Positions 51,698-61,577 of a DNA stretch of 64,000 bases are shown piece after piece. Origin of the DNA: Nitrospirales bacterium (GTDB lineage: Bacteria > Nitrospirota > Nitrospiria > Nitrospirales > UBA8639). Below the pieces are notes generated by a model. That model had not been told where the DNA came from. It did no database searches and saw only the letters and a program-made list of their open reading frames with translations. The stretch lies in NCBI GenBank assembly GCA_963422365.1, contig OY729426.1, positions 32,001-96,000 on the forward strand, given 5' to 3'. Position numbers and translations under genes: made by a program. Numbering within the stretch: the first letter of the stretch is position 1; each line of letters starts with the position of its first letter.

Positions 51698-52645
51698 CTA
51701 CAGAAGTCGGATTTGGCCTTTCACGCCAGCTTTGTATTCGACATCAATAATTTGCACTTCCCCTGCAGCATTGACTTGCATCGGCAGCACGTCAAGCGGC
51801 CGGGGCGCCGGGCCATCCAGCACCTTGCCTGCCTCATCATAGATACTTAAATGGCAGGGACACAAAAAGACCCCGTCGGGGAAATTCTTTGTTCTGCGCC
51901 ACTTGTAGCCGCATCCCAAATGTGGACATTTTCCGGAATAGCTAATGTAGGGCAACTTGGCTTTATTCACCCACACCAGATTGCCCTTATGGTCATAGAA
52001 CTTTTTATCTTTCCCGCCGTAGACGGTTTTTTGGACTTCAGGGGTCGCCTTCACCACCCAGATATTTTTTTCGATTTGCTGTTCGGGCATAAACGCTTCT
52101 TGAAAGCCCCTCGTAAACTTAAACTGGTATCCAATGTTTTCTTTTCTTATTTTGCGGACATTGCCAACGGAAAACCACGAATTATCAAATGGCTTATACA
52201 TGGGCTTCATGAGATATTTTAAAATGGGGAACACCAGAGGAAGTGCCATCAATGTTCCAATGGCATGAGTCATATTCGTAAAAAAGCTACGGCGGGGCAC
52301 CCCATGTTCGAGCCGAGGATAGGGAACGAGAATTTCGCCAGGCTCCACATGGAGACGATCTTCCAAGTGGGCAATTTCCACCTCATGATTCGTGACATAG
52401 GCCTCACGATCCAGCACGGGAAAGGTTCTGAATTCTTCTAGCGAACCCCGCAGAACAATTTCTTCTTCATTGAGGATTTCTTGAACCTGACCAATCGGAA
52501 CTTGTCGATCCACATCTTGCCCGGTGGACTCCCTGACCACCACATGACTGATTTCAAGGGATAACGGATCAACAATGACCTTGGAAATACTACCGACGTC
52601 CCCGTCAGCACACCGTGCTTTTGCTTTTATTTTCGGTTGCATCAA
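51698..52645 (-). CDS. qcrA: Rieske 2Fe-2S protein with N-terminal PRC-barrel-like domain
   Basis: CPHLGC and CPCHLSIY, GPAPRPL; internal RRSFF plus TM; N-terminal 'DGDVGSISKVIVDP'. Confidence 0.9.
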   Translation of the reverse strand: MMQPKIKAKARCADGDVGSISKVIVDPLSLEISHVVVRESTGQDVDRQVPIGQVQEILNEEEIVLRGSLEEFRTFPVLDREAYVTNHEVEIAHLEDRLHVEPGEILVPYPRLEHGVPRRSFFTNMTHAIGTLMALPLVFPILKYLMKPMYKPFDNSWFSVGNVRKIRKENIGYQFKFTRGFQEAFMPEQQIEKNIWVVKATPEVQKTVYGGKDKKFYDHKGNLVWVNKAKLPYISYSGKCPHLGCGYKWRRTKNFPDGVFLCPCHLSIYDEAGKVLDGPAPRPLDVLPMQVNAAGEVQIIDVEYKAGVKGQIRLL

Positions 52646-52669
52646 CCGACCAATAATCCTGAAATCAGG

Positions 52670-53479
52670 TTATTTCATGTTGATAGGGTTTGGTGTCTTG
52701 ACCGAGGGATCTTTCAACGACGACAAAAAGGCCACCAGCGCATCAATCTCTTCATCAAACATCAAGTCTTTATATTTGTCTGGCATTTTGCCTTTCTTGT
52801 ACTGCTTGTCAAACCCTTCAGCCTTCCAGCTTTTAGGGTCAAGAATTTTCTCCCGGAGGGCTTCAGGCGTCATGAGATTACCGATATTATCTAACTCCGG
52901 CCCCCGCTTCTTTCCGCCTTTCCCAAAGAGTTTGTGACAGTTGTAACATTCTTGCAGCTCCCACTGCTCCTTACCAAGGGCAATCAGATCACCTGCTGCA
53001 GCCGGTGCCGTGAAAGTGTCTGTAGCTTCCCCCACGACCTGAACCCCACCGCCAAGGGTTTTTAATTGTTGCTCAATCGAGACGGCTCGCGCATTCAAGG
53101 CTTTTGCTCGTGCGATCAATTCTTCGGCTTTCCCCTGTTGGGTTCTCGCTCGACGGGCTTTCAAGACCTTTTCGATTTTTCCTTTTTCAACTTCTGGATC
53201 ATATTGCGGAAGATTGCTTGCTCCACCGACATACACTCCCGAAAGAATCAGGTAAAACAACACCAGTCCGATGATTGCCTTTGCTCCCTCAAGACGGTTC
53301 AAGGAGGGCGCATCAAGCAGGATAAACACGCAGGCGCCAAGCATCGCATAAATAAAGAACATCACCTGGAATACGAGGGGAAAGTGCGTGGCTTTTGCGA
53401 CCCCCACTAGAATAATCCCGACGAGGATTCCTAGTACGCCTTTTTTTATAATGGTTCGTGTCAAACGTTGCTCAGCCAT
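52670..53479 (-). CDS. Membrane-anchored monohaem cytochrome c
   Basis: Three TMs, coiled coil, CYNCH, GPELD, KMP; start could be 53491. Confidence 0.88.
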   Translation of the reverse strand: MAEQRLTRTIIKKGVLGILVGIILVGVAKATHFPLVFQVMFFIYAMLGACVFILLDAPSLNRLEGAKAIIGLVLFYLILSGVYVGGASNLPQYDPEVEKGKIEKVLKARRARTQQGKAEELIARAKALNARAVSIEQQLKTLGGGVQVVGEATDTFTAPAAAGDLIALGKEQWELQECYNCHKLFGKGGKKRGPELDNIGNLMTPEALREKILDPKSWKAEGFDKQYKKGKMPDKYKDLMFDEEIDALVAFLSSLKDPSVKTPNPINMK

Positions 53480-53497
53480 ACTCGCATCCAACCTCCG

Positions 53498-55255
53498 TTA
53501 CTTCGCACCGGCAGGCATCGGGGCCCCTTGCGGCGACTCTGTCTTTTGGCCAGTGGTTCTTAACGTCACCACAATGGCGAAACTCACGACCAGATAAAAA
53601 ATCAAGGTGACACCCGTAATCCACCAGGCGGAATAGGCCAACGTGGGCGTAAAGGATTCCGGCGTAAAGTCAGGTACGAGGTTATATACATGGTAATATT
53701 TTCTCGTGAGGGACCGAACCGTCCCCATCAAGCCCATCGTCCAGATTGCACTAAATGCCAGAAAGATCAGGACGAACTGGGACGTGAAGTCGATTTTCCC
53801 CCAAATAATGGTTCCGCTCCGAATGGCCCGGTTATAGAGAATATAGTTGACGATGGTCAGAAAGACCAACGTAAACGCGGCCGCATTTTTCGCCGGCATC
53901 AGCGCCAATTCACTTGCCCAGGAAGGCAGTTCCAATTCTTCAGTGGCCAACGCCTGAGTCGCCACAAATCCGTGTGGCGTCATCCAGATGGCATTGGCGA
54001 CCACAATCATCAAAAATCCGACCTTGATCATGGTGAAGGACGACACGGTAAATCGTAAACCCGGAAACCTGCTCAGAATCGGCGGAAGAATGATCAGTAA
54101 CGCCAAAAAGATCAGCGACTGCCATTCCGGTGGCGGGAACATTTTCCAAGCAACCCCCATGACCGCTGGAATGAGAATCACGGCAACCATGACCAGTCCA
54201 GACATACGGACCCGCTCCACACCTTGAATCCGCTTCATACTCAGCCAGATATAATAGTTGCTGGCTAAAAAGATCAGGCCGACCATGGCGCCTTGCATTT
54301 CAAAAAACATCGAAAGTTGGTCTGCCATCATGTACGGACAGATCGAAGCATCGTAATCACACAGTTCATAGGCCAAGAGATATCCCATGAAGGGGAGAAA
54401 CAAGAGGGCACCCACACCAATCAGATTTCCTACAAACCCCATCCAGTCATAGTACGAGCGCTCTTCATCCGTCTTGGCTCCCATATACATATACGCCGCC
54501 ACAAGTCCCGCTATGAACCCACCGAACGTCACGTTTCCAACCAACCGATGGAGATTCAAGGGCATCCAGCTATAATTGGCGACCTTGTCCCACAAGCCCG
54601 CCGTTTGGATAAATTCAATCAGGGAGATCCCTTCTACGGATTTGGCAGGCGTGTTCATAAACGCCGTGGGACCATCAATCACAAACAACGTGACCGTTCC
54701 TACCACGTTCAACAAGACCCCCAAGGCAATATGTCTGGCTTTCTTTGCGCCCTTCAGAGAATCCCAGGAGTAAAAATACGTGTACAGCACAATGGTTTCG
54801 AGAATAAACAGGAGTGGATACACCAGGGCAAAGATCAGGAAAAAATGCTTGATGAGCCACGTCGTGAAATCAGGATAGGTGGCAAGCAAGACGAAAATAA
54901 ACAGCCCGCCGGTCAAGGCTGTCATACTATATAAGATCACCGTGACTTTGGTGACTTCCTTGGCTAATCGATCATACTTCGGGTCTTGGTTTTTGTAACC
55001 CAGCCATTCCGAAACCACAGCAAATATTGGGGCTCCCAGAATAAAAGCCGCAAACAAAATGTGGAGTTGGGCCACGATCCACACCCCCGTCCGATTCCCG
55101 GTATACGGAAACTCCACAGCTGGGGGAGGCGGAACCTGGGCAGAGGCGATAGCAAGCCCCCCGAGCACAAGTCCTAGCAACACAACAAGACTGCGGGTGA
55201 AGGTTTTCAAGGGTGGTGGCCCTCCTTGGTTATGACTGAATTTGTAGGGCCGCAT
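53498..55255 (-). CDS. Cytochrome bd-like oxidase subunit I (CydA-like), copy 1
   Basis: AQLHILFAAFILG, FILET, PLNLHRLVGN, WMTPHG; clearly paralogous to 47767..49626. Confidence 0.85.
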   Translation of the reverse strand: MRPYKFSHNQGGPPPLKTFTRSLVVLLGLVLGGLAIASAQVPPPPAVEFPYTGNRTGVWIVAQLHILFAAFILGAPIFAVVSEWLGYKNQDPKYDRLAKEVTKVTVILYSMTALTGGLFIFVLLATYPDFTTWLIKHFFLIFALVYPLLFILETIVLYTYFYSWDSLKGAKKARHIALGVLLNVVGTVTLFVIDGPTAFMNTPAKSVEGISLIEFIQTAGLWDKVANYSWMPLNLHRLVGNVTFGGFIAGLVAAYMYMGAKTDEERSYYDWMGFVGNLIGVGALLFLPFMGYLLAYELCDYDASICPYMMADQLSMFFEMQGAMVGLIFLASNYYIWLSMKRIQGVERVRMSGLVMVAVILIPAVMGVAWKMFPPPEWQSLIFLALLIILPPILSRFPGLRFTVSSFTMIKVGFLMIVVANAIWMTPHGFVATQALATEELELPSWASELALMPAKNAAAFTLVFLTIVNYILYNRAIRSGTIIWGKIDFTSQFVLIFLAFSAIWTMGLMGTVRSLTRKYYHVYNLVPDFTPESFTPTLAYSAWWITGVTLIFYLVVSFAIVVTLRTTGQKTESPQGAPMPAGAK

Positions 55256-55300
55256 CTTATGCGGCCAATATGCCCCAATAGAATCTGGAAATGCCCCGCG

Positions 55301-55870
55301 TTACTGTGGAGCTTCCTCAGAAGTTCCCTCGCTTGGAGGTTTACTCCCATCAGCGCCAGAGACCGCTGGAGCATCGGCCATTCCTTCAGGAACCCATTTT
55401 TTTTGAGTAACACTATATTCCATGCCTTTCAAGCCGAACGTGGCTTCATAGGCAATCACTTTCCACCGATCCTCTTCAGAAAGCTTGGATTTCCAAGCTT
55501 TCATTTTAGTGCCTTTGACCCCTTCAGAGACGCGCCAGAACCATTGGGAATCAGAGAACAATTTCATATGCTCACCCTGACGAAAATCTCGGGCACCCGC
55601 CTTAACCGGTTTTCCATCTTTCCCATGACAACTGGCGCAATTGACGTCGATATTTTCCGCACCGATAAAGATGGCTCGGCCTTGCTCGATAATGTCTGGA
55701 TTATTCCAATGGCCTTCCGGCATATGCTTATCGGCATACTCCGGTGGCGCTGGGGGTGGTGGGGCCGGTGGCTTGGCTTCCCCACAGGCTGACAATGTTA
55801 ATCCCATCGACACGACAGCAACGGCACCCCACATCTTTCGGCTCGCATCTTTCTCCATAACCCCCCCCAT
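55301..55870 (-). CDS. Monohaem cytochrome c lipoprotein
   Basis: Lipobox LSAC, Pro-rich linker, CASCHG, 'KMKAW'. Confidence 0.88.
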   Translation of the reverse strand: MGGVMEKDASRKMWGAVAVVSMGLTLSACGEAKPPAPPPPAPPEYADKHMPEGHWNNPDIIEQGRAIFIGAENIDVNCASCHGKDGKPVKAGARDFRQGEHMKLFSDSQWFWRVSEGVKGTKMKAWKSKLSEEDRWKVIAYEATFGLKGMEYSVTQKKWVPEGMADAPAVSGADGSKPPSEGTSEEAPQ

Positions 55871-55940
55871 CTTCGCTTTTTCATATCAACAAATAGTCTG
55901 AGCGTCAAAAAGAGAACTCCTTCCTTTTTCTCTTCACCTC

Positions 55941-56026
55941 AAAAAAAATGACTGTCTCTCACACAACGGGCCACATAGCCACGGCTCTAGAACTGAACTC
56001 TTTTCAATTCGATGAGACAGTCATTT
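55941..56026 (-). promoter_or_regulatory. Attenuator/terminator-like stem in the leader of the respiratory operon
   Basis: 13-bp perfect inverted repeat AAATGACTGTCTC (55946-58) / GAGACAGTCATTT (56014-26), running into T8 on the minus strand. Confidence 0.5.
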
Positions 56027-56383
56027 CCAGGATGGAAGATTCTCTCAACCTAACAAGATGAAATCCTTTCTCAAAATATCAATTATGACAAACGCTTCCT
56101 AGACTCCCGTATCCTTCTTTCCCTCTATCTACCTATCCAGCAAGGATGACCGGACCGGGCATTTTCTTTTTTTAAGCGCGATGGCCCGCCTAGACGAGCC
56201 ATAACCTGGTCATGATGAGGGATAGCGTAAGATGGGCTGCCTAAAATCGAGTCCCGGACTTGCCACTTGGGAAAACCTATCCAGATAATTCGTTTTTCCT
56301 TTGGGAGCCAAACAAGCAGTACCACCTCAACGCTTAAGCAACCTTTTTACAGGAAGGAAAATCACAGTCAAAATATCCGTGAT

Positions 56384-56413
56384 CTTCTAGCACATGGGGC
56401 TTTCATCTGTCAA
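56384..56413 (-). promoter_or_regulatory. Putative sigma70 promoter for the respiratory operon
   Basis: TTGACA-18 nt-TAGAAG with a TG before the -10. Confidence 0.4.
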
Positions 56414-56562
56414 GAATCAGGCTCCTGAAAAGGTCTAAGGCTGATGAACCCTCTCATGTGTGAGGGGGTGGGCATCGGGCGTTGTCGAATGATGCACCCA
56501 TGACACGTTGCCGGCTGGTTTTCCAACAATCCAGGAATACGGGTGGGCGGAACATGGGCGCT

Positions 56563-56907
56563 CTACGGATTCCTGTCCGCCTGGTTTTTCTCAACCCAGG
56601 CTTCCCATGATTTTCCTGAAGCCGTATCTTGCCCTGTAAAATGAACGGCCTGAATCTCGCGATAGAAAATTTTTCGGGGATCGGGGTGATCCGGTTGGAA
56701 TATTTCCACGTAGGAATGAGGGTCGTCAAAAACCCGATTCAAAAGGTACCCGCTCATGGATTCTCGAGACTTCAGTTCCAGGGTAATATCGCCTCGGTAA
56801 TCAAAAGCCAATTCAATGACTTCTAGCAGTTCTTCGTGGGAGCCTGGACGAAAAACCGCTCCCTGGAGGCTTTTGGGGGAAGTACCATCAGGTACGTCCT
56901 GAGACAT
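56563..56907 (-). CDS. Conserved hypothetical protein (Sm-like small beta domain)
   Basis: 'ELAFDYRGDITL...FTGQDTASGKSWEAW'; follows hpnH. Confidence 0.7.
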   Translation of the reverse strand: MSQDVPDGTSPKSLQGAVFRPGSHEELLEVIELAFDYRGDITLELKSRESMSGYLLNRVFDDPHSYVEIFQPDHPDPRKIFYREIQAVHFTGQDTASGKSWEAWVEKNQADRNP

Positions 56908-56948
56908 AGACACCGTGGAATGGAACTGGAAAACCCGAAAACGGGCAG

Positions 56949-58007
56949 TCAGGTCACGTTGGGGAACAGCGTGGCCTTGACGGTTCCGGCAAACCCAGAC
57001 CACGAACTAAAGGTTTCTTCTACGGCTGAGGCTTCGTACCCGCAATGCACCATGCAGTCCTGACATTTCTCATTTCGCCCCACGCCATATTGCTCCCACG
57101 CCGTAGACTCGAGCAATTCTTTGAAACTCGACACATAGCCATCCTGCAAGAGGTAGCAGGGTTTTTGCCAACCAAAAACATTATAGGTTGGATTTCCCCA
57201 TGGGGTGCATTGATAATCACGCTTGCCCATGAGAAATTCTAAAAACAGGGGGGATTGGTTAAACCGCCACCGGCGTTTTCGCTTCGTGAGTACATGAGAA
57301 AACAGTTCCTGCGTCCGATGTCGTTTCAAGAAGCTATGTTGGTCCGGAGCCTTTTCGTAACTATAGCCAGGGGAGATCATCATCCCCTCCACCCCAAGAT
57401 CCATCATCTCATCAAAAAAGGCTCGTACGCGTTGCGGATTTGCATCGTTGAACAAGGTCGTGTTGGTGGTGACTCGGAACCCTTTTTTGAGAGCCGTTTT
57501 GATCGCTTGAATCGCCACATCGTAAACCCCATCACGACACACCGCGAAATCATGCTCATCTCGCAACCCATCCATATGGATACTAAAGGTCAAATAGTCG
57601 GAAGGTTCGTATTCCTCAATTTTTCGTTCTAAGAGAATGGCATTCGTGCACAAATACACATATTTTTTGCGCTGCACCAACCCTTGAACGATATCCGACA
57701 TCTCGGGATGAATGAGCGGCTCCCCGCCGGGGATGCTGATAACAGGGGCTCCACATTCTTCAGCCGCCGCCCAACATTGTTCAGGCGTTAACCGTCGATC
57801 CAACACATGATCAGGATATTGGATTTTCCCGCAACCGGCACAAGCCAGGTTGCACCGAAAGAGCGGCTCCAACATCAACACCAGTGGGTAACGTTTCACG
57901 CCCTTGAGTTTTTGCGAGACAACGTACCTGACAACAGTTGCCATCTGGGAAACAGGAACGGCCATGGTTTTCCCATGATCCTTTCTACTCGACGTACGCG
58001 ATGACAT
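56949..58007 (-). CDS. hpnH: Adenosyl-hopene transferase (radical SAM)
   Basis: LMLEPLFRCNLACAGCGKI, CTPWGNPT, CQDCMVHCGYE. Confidence 0.95.
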   Translation of the reverse strand: MSSRTSSRKDHGKTMAVPVSQMATVVRYVVSQKLKGVKRYPLVLMLEPLFRCNLACAGCGKIQYPDHVLDRRLTPEQCWAAAEECGAPVISIPGGEPLIHPEMSDIVQGLVQRKKYVYLCTNAILLERKIEEYEPSDYLTFSIHMDGLRDEHDFAVCRDGVYDVAIQAIKTALKKGFRVTTNTTLFNDANPQRVRAFFDEMMDLGVEGMMISPGYSYEKAPDQHSFLKRHRTQELFSHVLTKRKRRWRFNQSPLFLEFLMGKRDYQCTPWGNPTYNVFGWQKPCYLLQDGYVSSFKELLESTAWEQYGVGRNEKCQDCMVHCGYEASAVEETFSSWSGFAGTVKATLFPNVT

Positions 58008-58111
58008 TGTCCATCGATCGACATTACTCTGCCAGAGGGTAGAGACACTTACCTCTTCGACGATAAACAGCCCTCCCTCATGCGCGAACCTTCCACAGGG
58101 TGAAAGGGAAA

Positions 58112-58187
58112 TGGAGGCGCCGAGCGGGATCGAACCGCTGAATCGCAGTTTTGCAGACTGCTCCCTTAGCCACTTGGGTACGGCGCC
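58112..58187 (-). tRNA. tRNA-Cys(GCA)
   Basis: GGCGCCG acceptor stem, gcagt-ct-GCA-aa-actgc arm, GGTTCGA, encoded CCA. Confidence 0.97.
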
Positions 58188-58195
58188 CGCACGAT

Positions 58196-58224
58196 ATTAT
58201 AACAAGGCGCCAGAACCCTGACAA
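58196..58224 (-). promoter_or_regulatory. Sigma70 promoter for tRNA-Cys (possibly also hpnH)
   Basis: TTGTCA-17 nt-TATAAT ending 8 nt before the tRNA. Confidence 0.75.
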
Positions 58225-58288
58225 GAAGACGGCATAGAACCCCAACAACTCACCTTCAGCAGAGAAATCTTTCATTGGACTCCGTAAG

Positions 58289-59464
58289 CTAGCGTGAGGG
58301 CAAAACGGGAAGGTCACGACTCACGGATCCACCGTGAGAAGCGCTGGCAACGCGGGAAGCATTCGCAGTGAATGAGGCGGACGCCTCCTCATCCGAGTTG
58401 TCCTGTTCCAACGCCATCAACTCGACTTCATCAATGAGCACATCCATCAATGCTTCTGATGGCACTTTTTTAACAAGCTTCCCTTTTTTGAACAAAATTC
58501 CCATGCCCTGTCCGCCCGCAATGCCGATATCCGCCTCTTTTCCTTCACCAATGCCATTCACCACACATCCCAGGACGGACACATTCAAGGGCATGTGAAT
58601 GTGGCTTAACCGTTTTTCTAATTCATTGGCCATTCGCACCACGTCAATTTCGACCCGTCCACAGGTCGGACACGCAATGACATTCACTCCGCGATGGCGA
58701 AGTTCAAGGGACTTAAGAATTTCAAAACCGACCTTTACTTCTTCCACGGGATCAGCGGCCAGAGACACTCTCAAGGTATCGCCGATACCTTGGGACAATA
58801 ACCAACCTAATCCGACAGCGGATTTGACGGCACCGGTCATCACCGTCCCTGCCTCGGTGATACCGATATGAAGCGGATAATCCGATTGATGGGCAAATAA
58901 CCAATACGCGTCAACGGCCATGTGGACATCAGAAGCTTTTAACGACACCTTCATATTCGTGAAGCCCATATCCTCGATGGCATGGACAACATTCAACGCT
59001 GACTCTGCCAAGGCCTCTGCTGTGGGATACCCGTACTTATCCAAAAGTGGGCGCTCTAACGAACCGCCGTTGACTCCAACCCGAAGGGGAATGCCTCGGT
59101 CTTGCACCGCTTTGATGACTTCGGCCAATCTCCACCACGGCCCGATATTCCCGGGATTGATGCGAACACAATCCACCACTTCAGCCGCTTTGACCGCCAA
59201 CCGATGGTCAAAATGCACATCCGCAATCAAGGGAATCGATATGCGTGATTTGATTTCAGGAAGGGCCTCGGCGGCCTCTTGATCTGGCACGGCAACCCGT
59301 ACGAGTTCACACCCAACCTCTTCCAACTGATGAATTTGTTCGACGGTTCCTTGAACGTCACGCGGATGCGGGACGGTCATGGACTGGACGACAATGGGAG
59401 CCCCTCCCCCAATCTTGACGGAACCCACCTGGGTTTGTTTGGTTTTTTTTCGCGTAATCCGCAT
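58289..59464 (-). CDS. ispG: (E)-4-hydroxy-3-methylbut-2-enyl diphosphate synthase
   Basis: VQSMT, RINPGNIG, PLHIGITEAG, CPTCGR, GCVVNG.GE. Confidence 0.97.
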   Translation of the reverse strand: MRITRKKTKQTQVGSVKIGGGAPIVVQSMTVPHPRDVQGTVEQIHQLEEVGCELVRVAVPDQEAAEALPEIKSRISIPLIADVHFDHRLAVKAAEVVDCVRINPGNIGPWWRLAEVIKAVQDRGIPLRVGVNGGSLERPLLDKYGYPTAEALAESALNVVHAIEDMGFTNMKVSLKASDVHMAVDAYWLFAHQSDYPLHIGITEAGTVMTGAVKSAVGLGWLLSQGIGDTLRVSLAADPVEEVKVGFEILKSLELRHRGVNVIACPTCGRVEIDVVRMANELEKRLSHIHMPLNVSVLGCVVNGIGEGKEADIGIAGGQGMGILFKKGKLVKKVPSEALMDVLIDEVELMALEQDNSDEEASASFTANASRVASASHGGSVSRDLPVLPSR

Positions 59465-59482
59465 CCGGCAAGACTATTTTCT

Positions 59483-61375
59483 TCAGGTCAACACTGATTG
59501 AACGGAGACGTGAGCGAATAATTGTTTAGCTTGTTGATAAATGCCGTCCGCCGTCAAGCCATATTTCTCTCGAAGCAAATATTGAGGCCCTTGTTCAATG
59601 AACCAGTCCGGCAAGCCCACACACTTCGTCGGCACATGGATGCATGCCTCGGAGAGGAACTCGAGGACTGCGGATCCGAAGCCGCCCATTGTTGAAGATT
59701 CTTCTATTGTGAGCAGACACTTCACGTGCTTCGCCACGGTTCCAATCAAATGACCATCAAGAGGTTTGACGAATCGTGCGTTAATCACCGCAACGGAAAT
59801 TCCTTCTTGTTCCAACCGCTCGGCTGCTTCCATGCCCTTATGGACCATGACACCGATCGCCACCAACGCAATGTCCGTGCCTTCTCGTAACCATTCACCT
59901 TTGCCCAGGGGCAGCACTTCCGGCATCGGGTCCATTGCCACCCCTACACTTGAGCCCCGAGGATAGCGAACAGCGACAGGCCTGTTATAACTGATACACG
60001 ACTTGACCATATGCTGTAATTCATTTTCATCCTTGGGGGCCATAATCACCATGTTCGGCATATGCCGGAGGTAAGCAAAATCAAACGCCCCATGGTGTGT
60101 GGTCCCATCCTCAGCCACGAGTCCACCTCGATCAATACAGAACGTCACCGGAAGATTCTGCGTCGCCACATCATGAATCACTTGGTCATAAGCCCGTTGC
60201 AGGAAGGTCGAATAGATAGGAATCACCGGCCTCATGCCTTGTGCCGCCATTCCTGCAGCAAACGTGACGGCATGTTGCTCGGCGATCCCAACATCATAGA
60301 GACGATCGGGAAAGATTTTTTCAAAAGCGGTTAACCCTGTCCCTTCACACATCGCAGCCGTAATCGCCACAATGCGCGTATCTTCTTTGGCCAATTGAAT
60401 AAGCGTATTGATGGCGACGCCGCTATACGAGGGTCTCGTGGCTTTGGTCTTGGGTGTCCCTGTGTCGAGGTCAAAGGGCGCACTGGCATGAAACCACACC
60501 GGATTGTTCATGGCCGGTTCATAGCCCAATCCTTTTTTCGTGACCACATGCAATAACGTCGGGGCATCCAGCTTGAGTACATTCTCCAAGGTAGGCAACA
60601 AATGCCCAAATTCATGGCCATCAATGGGCCCGACATACCGAAACCCCAATTCCTCAAACAACAATCCGGGCAGCAGCAGCCCTTTGGCCAACTCTTGAGC
60701 CCGACGGGCCATTTTCTTCGCCGGTTCACCAATGCGAGGAATCGCGCCCAGCATGTGATTTGTCTCTTCTTTTATTCGAGCGCAAAACTCACCCGTAATC
60801 GTCCGGTTGAGATAGGCGGAAATCGCCCCGACGTTTTTCGAAATCGACATTTGATTATCGTTCAAAATCACCAACAGGTCTTTCTGTAAACTACCCGCTT
60901 GCTGAAGACCCTCCAGGGTTAACCCTGAAGTCAACGCGCCATCTCCAACAACACAGACGACCTTGTGCGATTGTGTTCGTTGCTCACGGGCTTCCACAAA
61001 TCCCACCGCAGCGGAGACACCCGTGCCGGCATGGCCAGCATTAAACGTGTCATACACACTTTCTTCTCGCTTGCCAAACCCACTTAATCCACCGAACTGC
61101 CGAATGGTATGAAACTGTTCTCGACGCCCGGTCAACAACTTATGGGCATAGGTCTGATTGCTGGTATCCCAGACAATCAGATCTTCGGGAGTGTTCAACA
61201 AATAATGAAGTGCGACGGTCAGTTCAACGACGCCAAGATTAGAAGCGAGATGCCCGCCCACATTCGATATGACGGAAAGAATATGCTCCCGAATTTCCTG
61301 GCAAAGTTGCGGAAACTGTTCAGGAGAAAATTTTTTGAGGTCAGCCGGGCTTTCGATCCTTTTCAGGATAAACAT
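59483..61375 (-). CDS. dxs: 1-deoxy-D-xylulose-5-phosphate synthase
   Basis: GGHLASNLGVVELT, GDGALTSG, DVGIAEQHA, YSTFLQRAYDQ. Confidence 0.97.
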   Translation of the reverse strand: MFILKRIESPADLKKFSPEQFPQLCQEIREHILSVISNVGGHLASNLGVVELTVALHYLLNTPEDLIVWDTSNQTYAHKLLTGRREQFHTIRQFGGLSGFGKREESVYDTFNAGHAGTGVSAAVGFVEAREQRTQSHKVVCVVGDGALTSGLTLEGLQQAGSLQKDLLVILNDNQMSISKNVGAISAYLNRTITGEFCARIKEETNHMLGAIPRIGEPAKKMARRAQELAKGLLLPGLLFEELGFRYVGPIDGHEFGHLLPTLENVLKLDAPTLLHVVTKKGLGYEPAMNNPVWFHASAPFDLDTGTPKTKATRPSYSGVAINTLIQLAKEDTRIVAITAAMCEGTGLTAFEKIFPDRLYDVGIAEQHAVTFAAGMAAQGMRPVIPIYSTFLQRAYDQVIHDVATQNLPVTFCIDRGGLVAEDGTTHHGAFDFAYLRHMPNMVIMAPKDENELQHMVKSCISYNRPVAVRYPRGSSVGVAMDPMPEVLPLGKGEWLREGTDIALVAIGVMVHKGMEAAERLEQEGISVAVINARFVKPLDGHLIGTVAKHVKCLLTIEESSTMGGFGSAVLEFLSEACIHVPTKCVGLPDWFIEQGPQYLLREKYGLTADGIYQQAKQLFAHVSVQSVLT

Positions 61376-61498
61376 AACTTTATCCTCTCATTGGCAATGC
61401 AGGAGAGAATTCCCAACTCTTTTATGGGAAAGTCAGAAAAGAGCCAAAGTCTCGCAAAGTTACTTGACGCTGTCAAGAAATCAACCTGGAGACCTTAC

Positions 61499-61530
61499 GA
61501 AAACCTTCTGATCCTGTTTCGATCAGAAGG
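61499..61530 (-). terminator. Probable intrinsic terminator after hpnM
   Basis: 10-bp stem ccttctgatc/gatcagaagg with a 7-nt loop, followed by TTTT on the minus strand. Confidence 0.55.
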
Positions 61531-61577
61531 CTGAAGGGGAACGCATCAACGAGGAACTCTATTGGCTACAGCACGCC

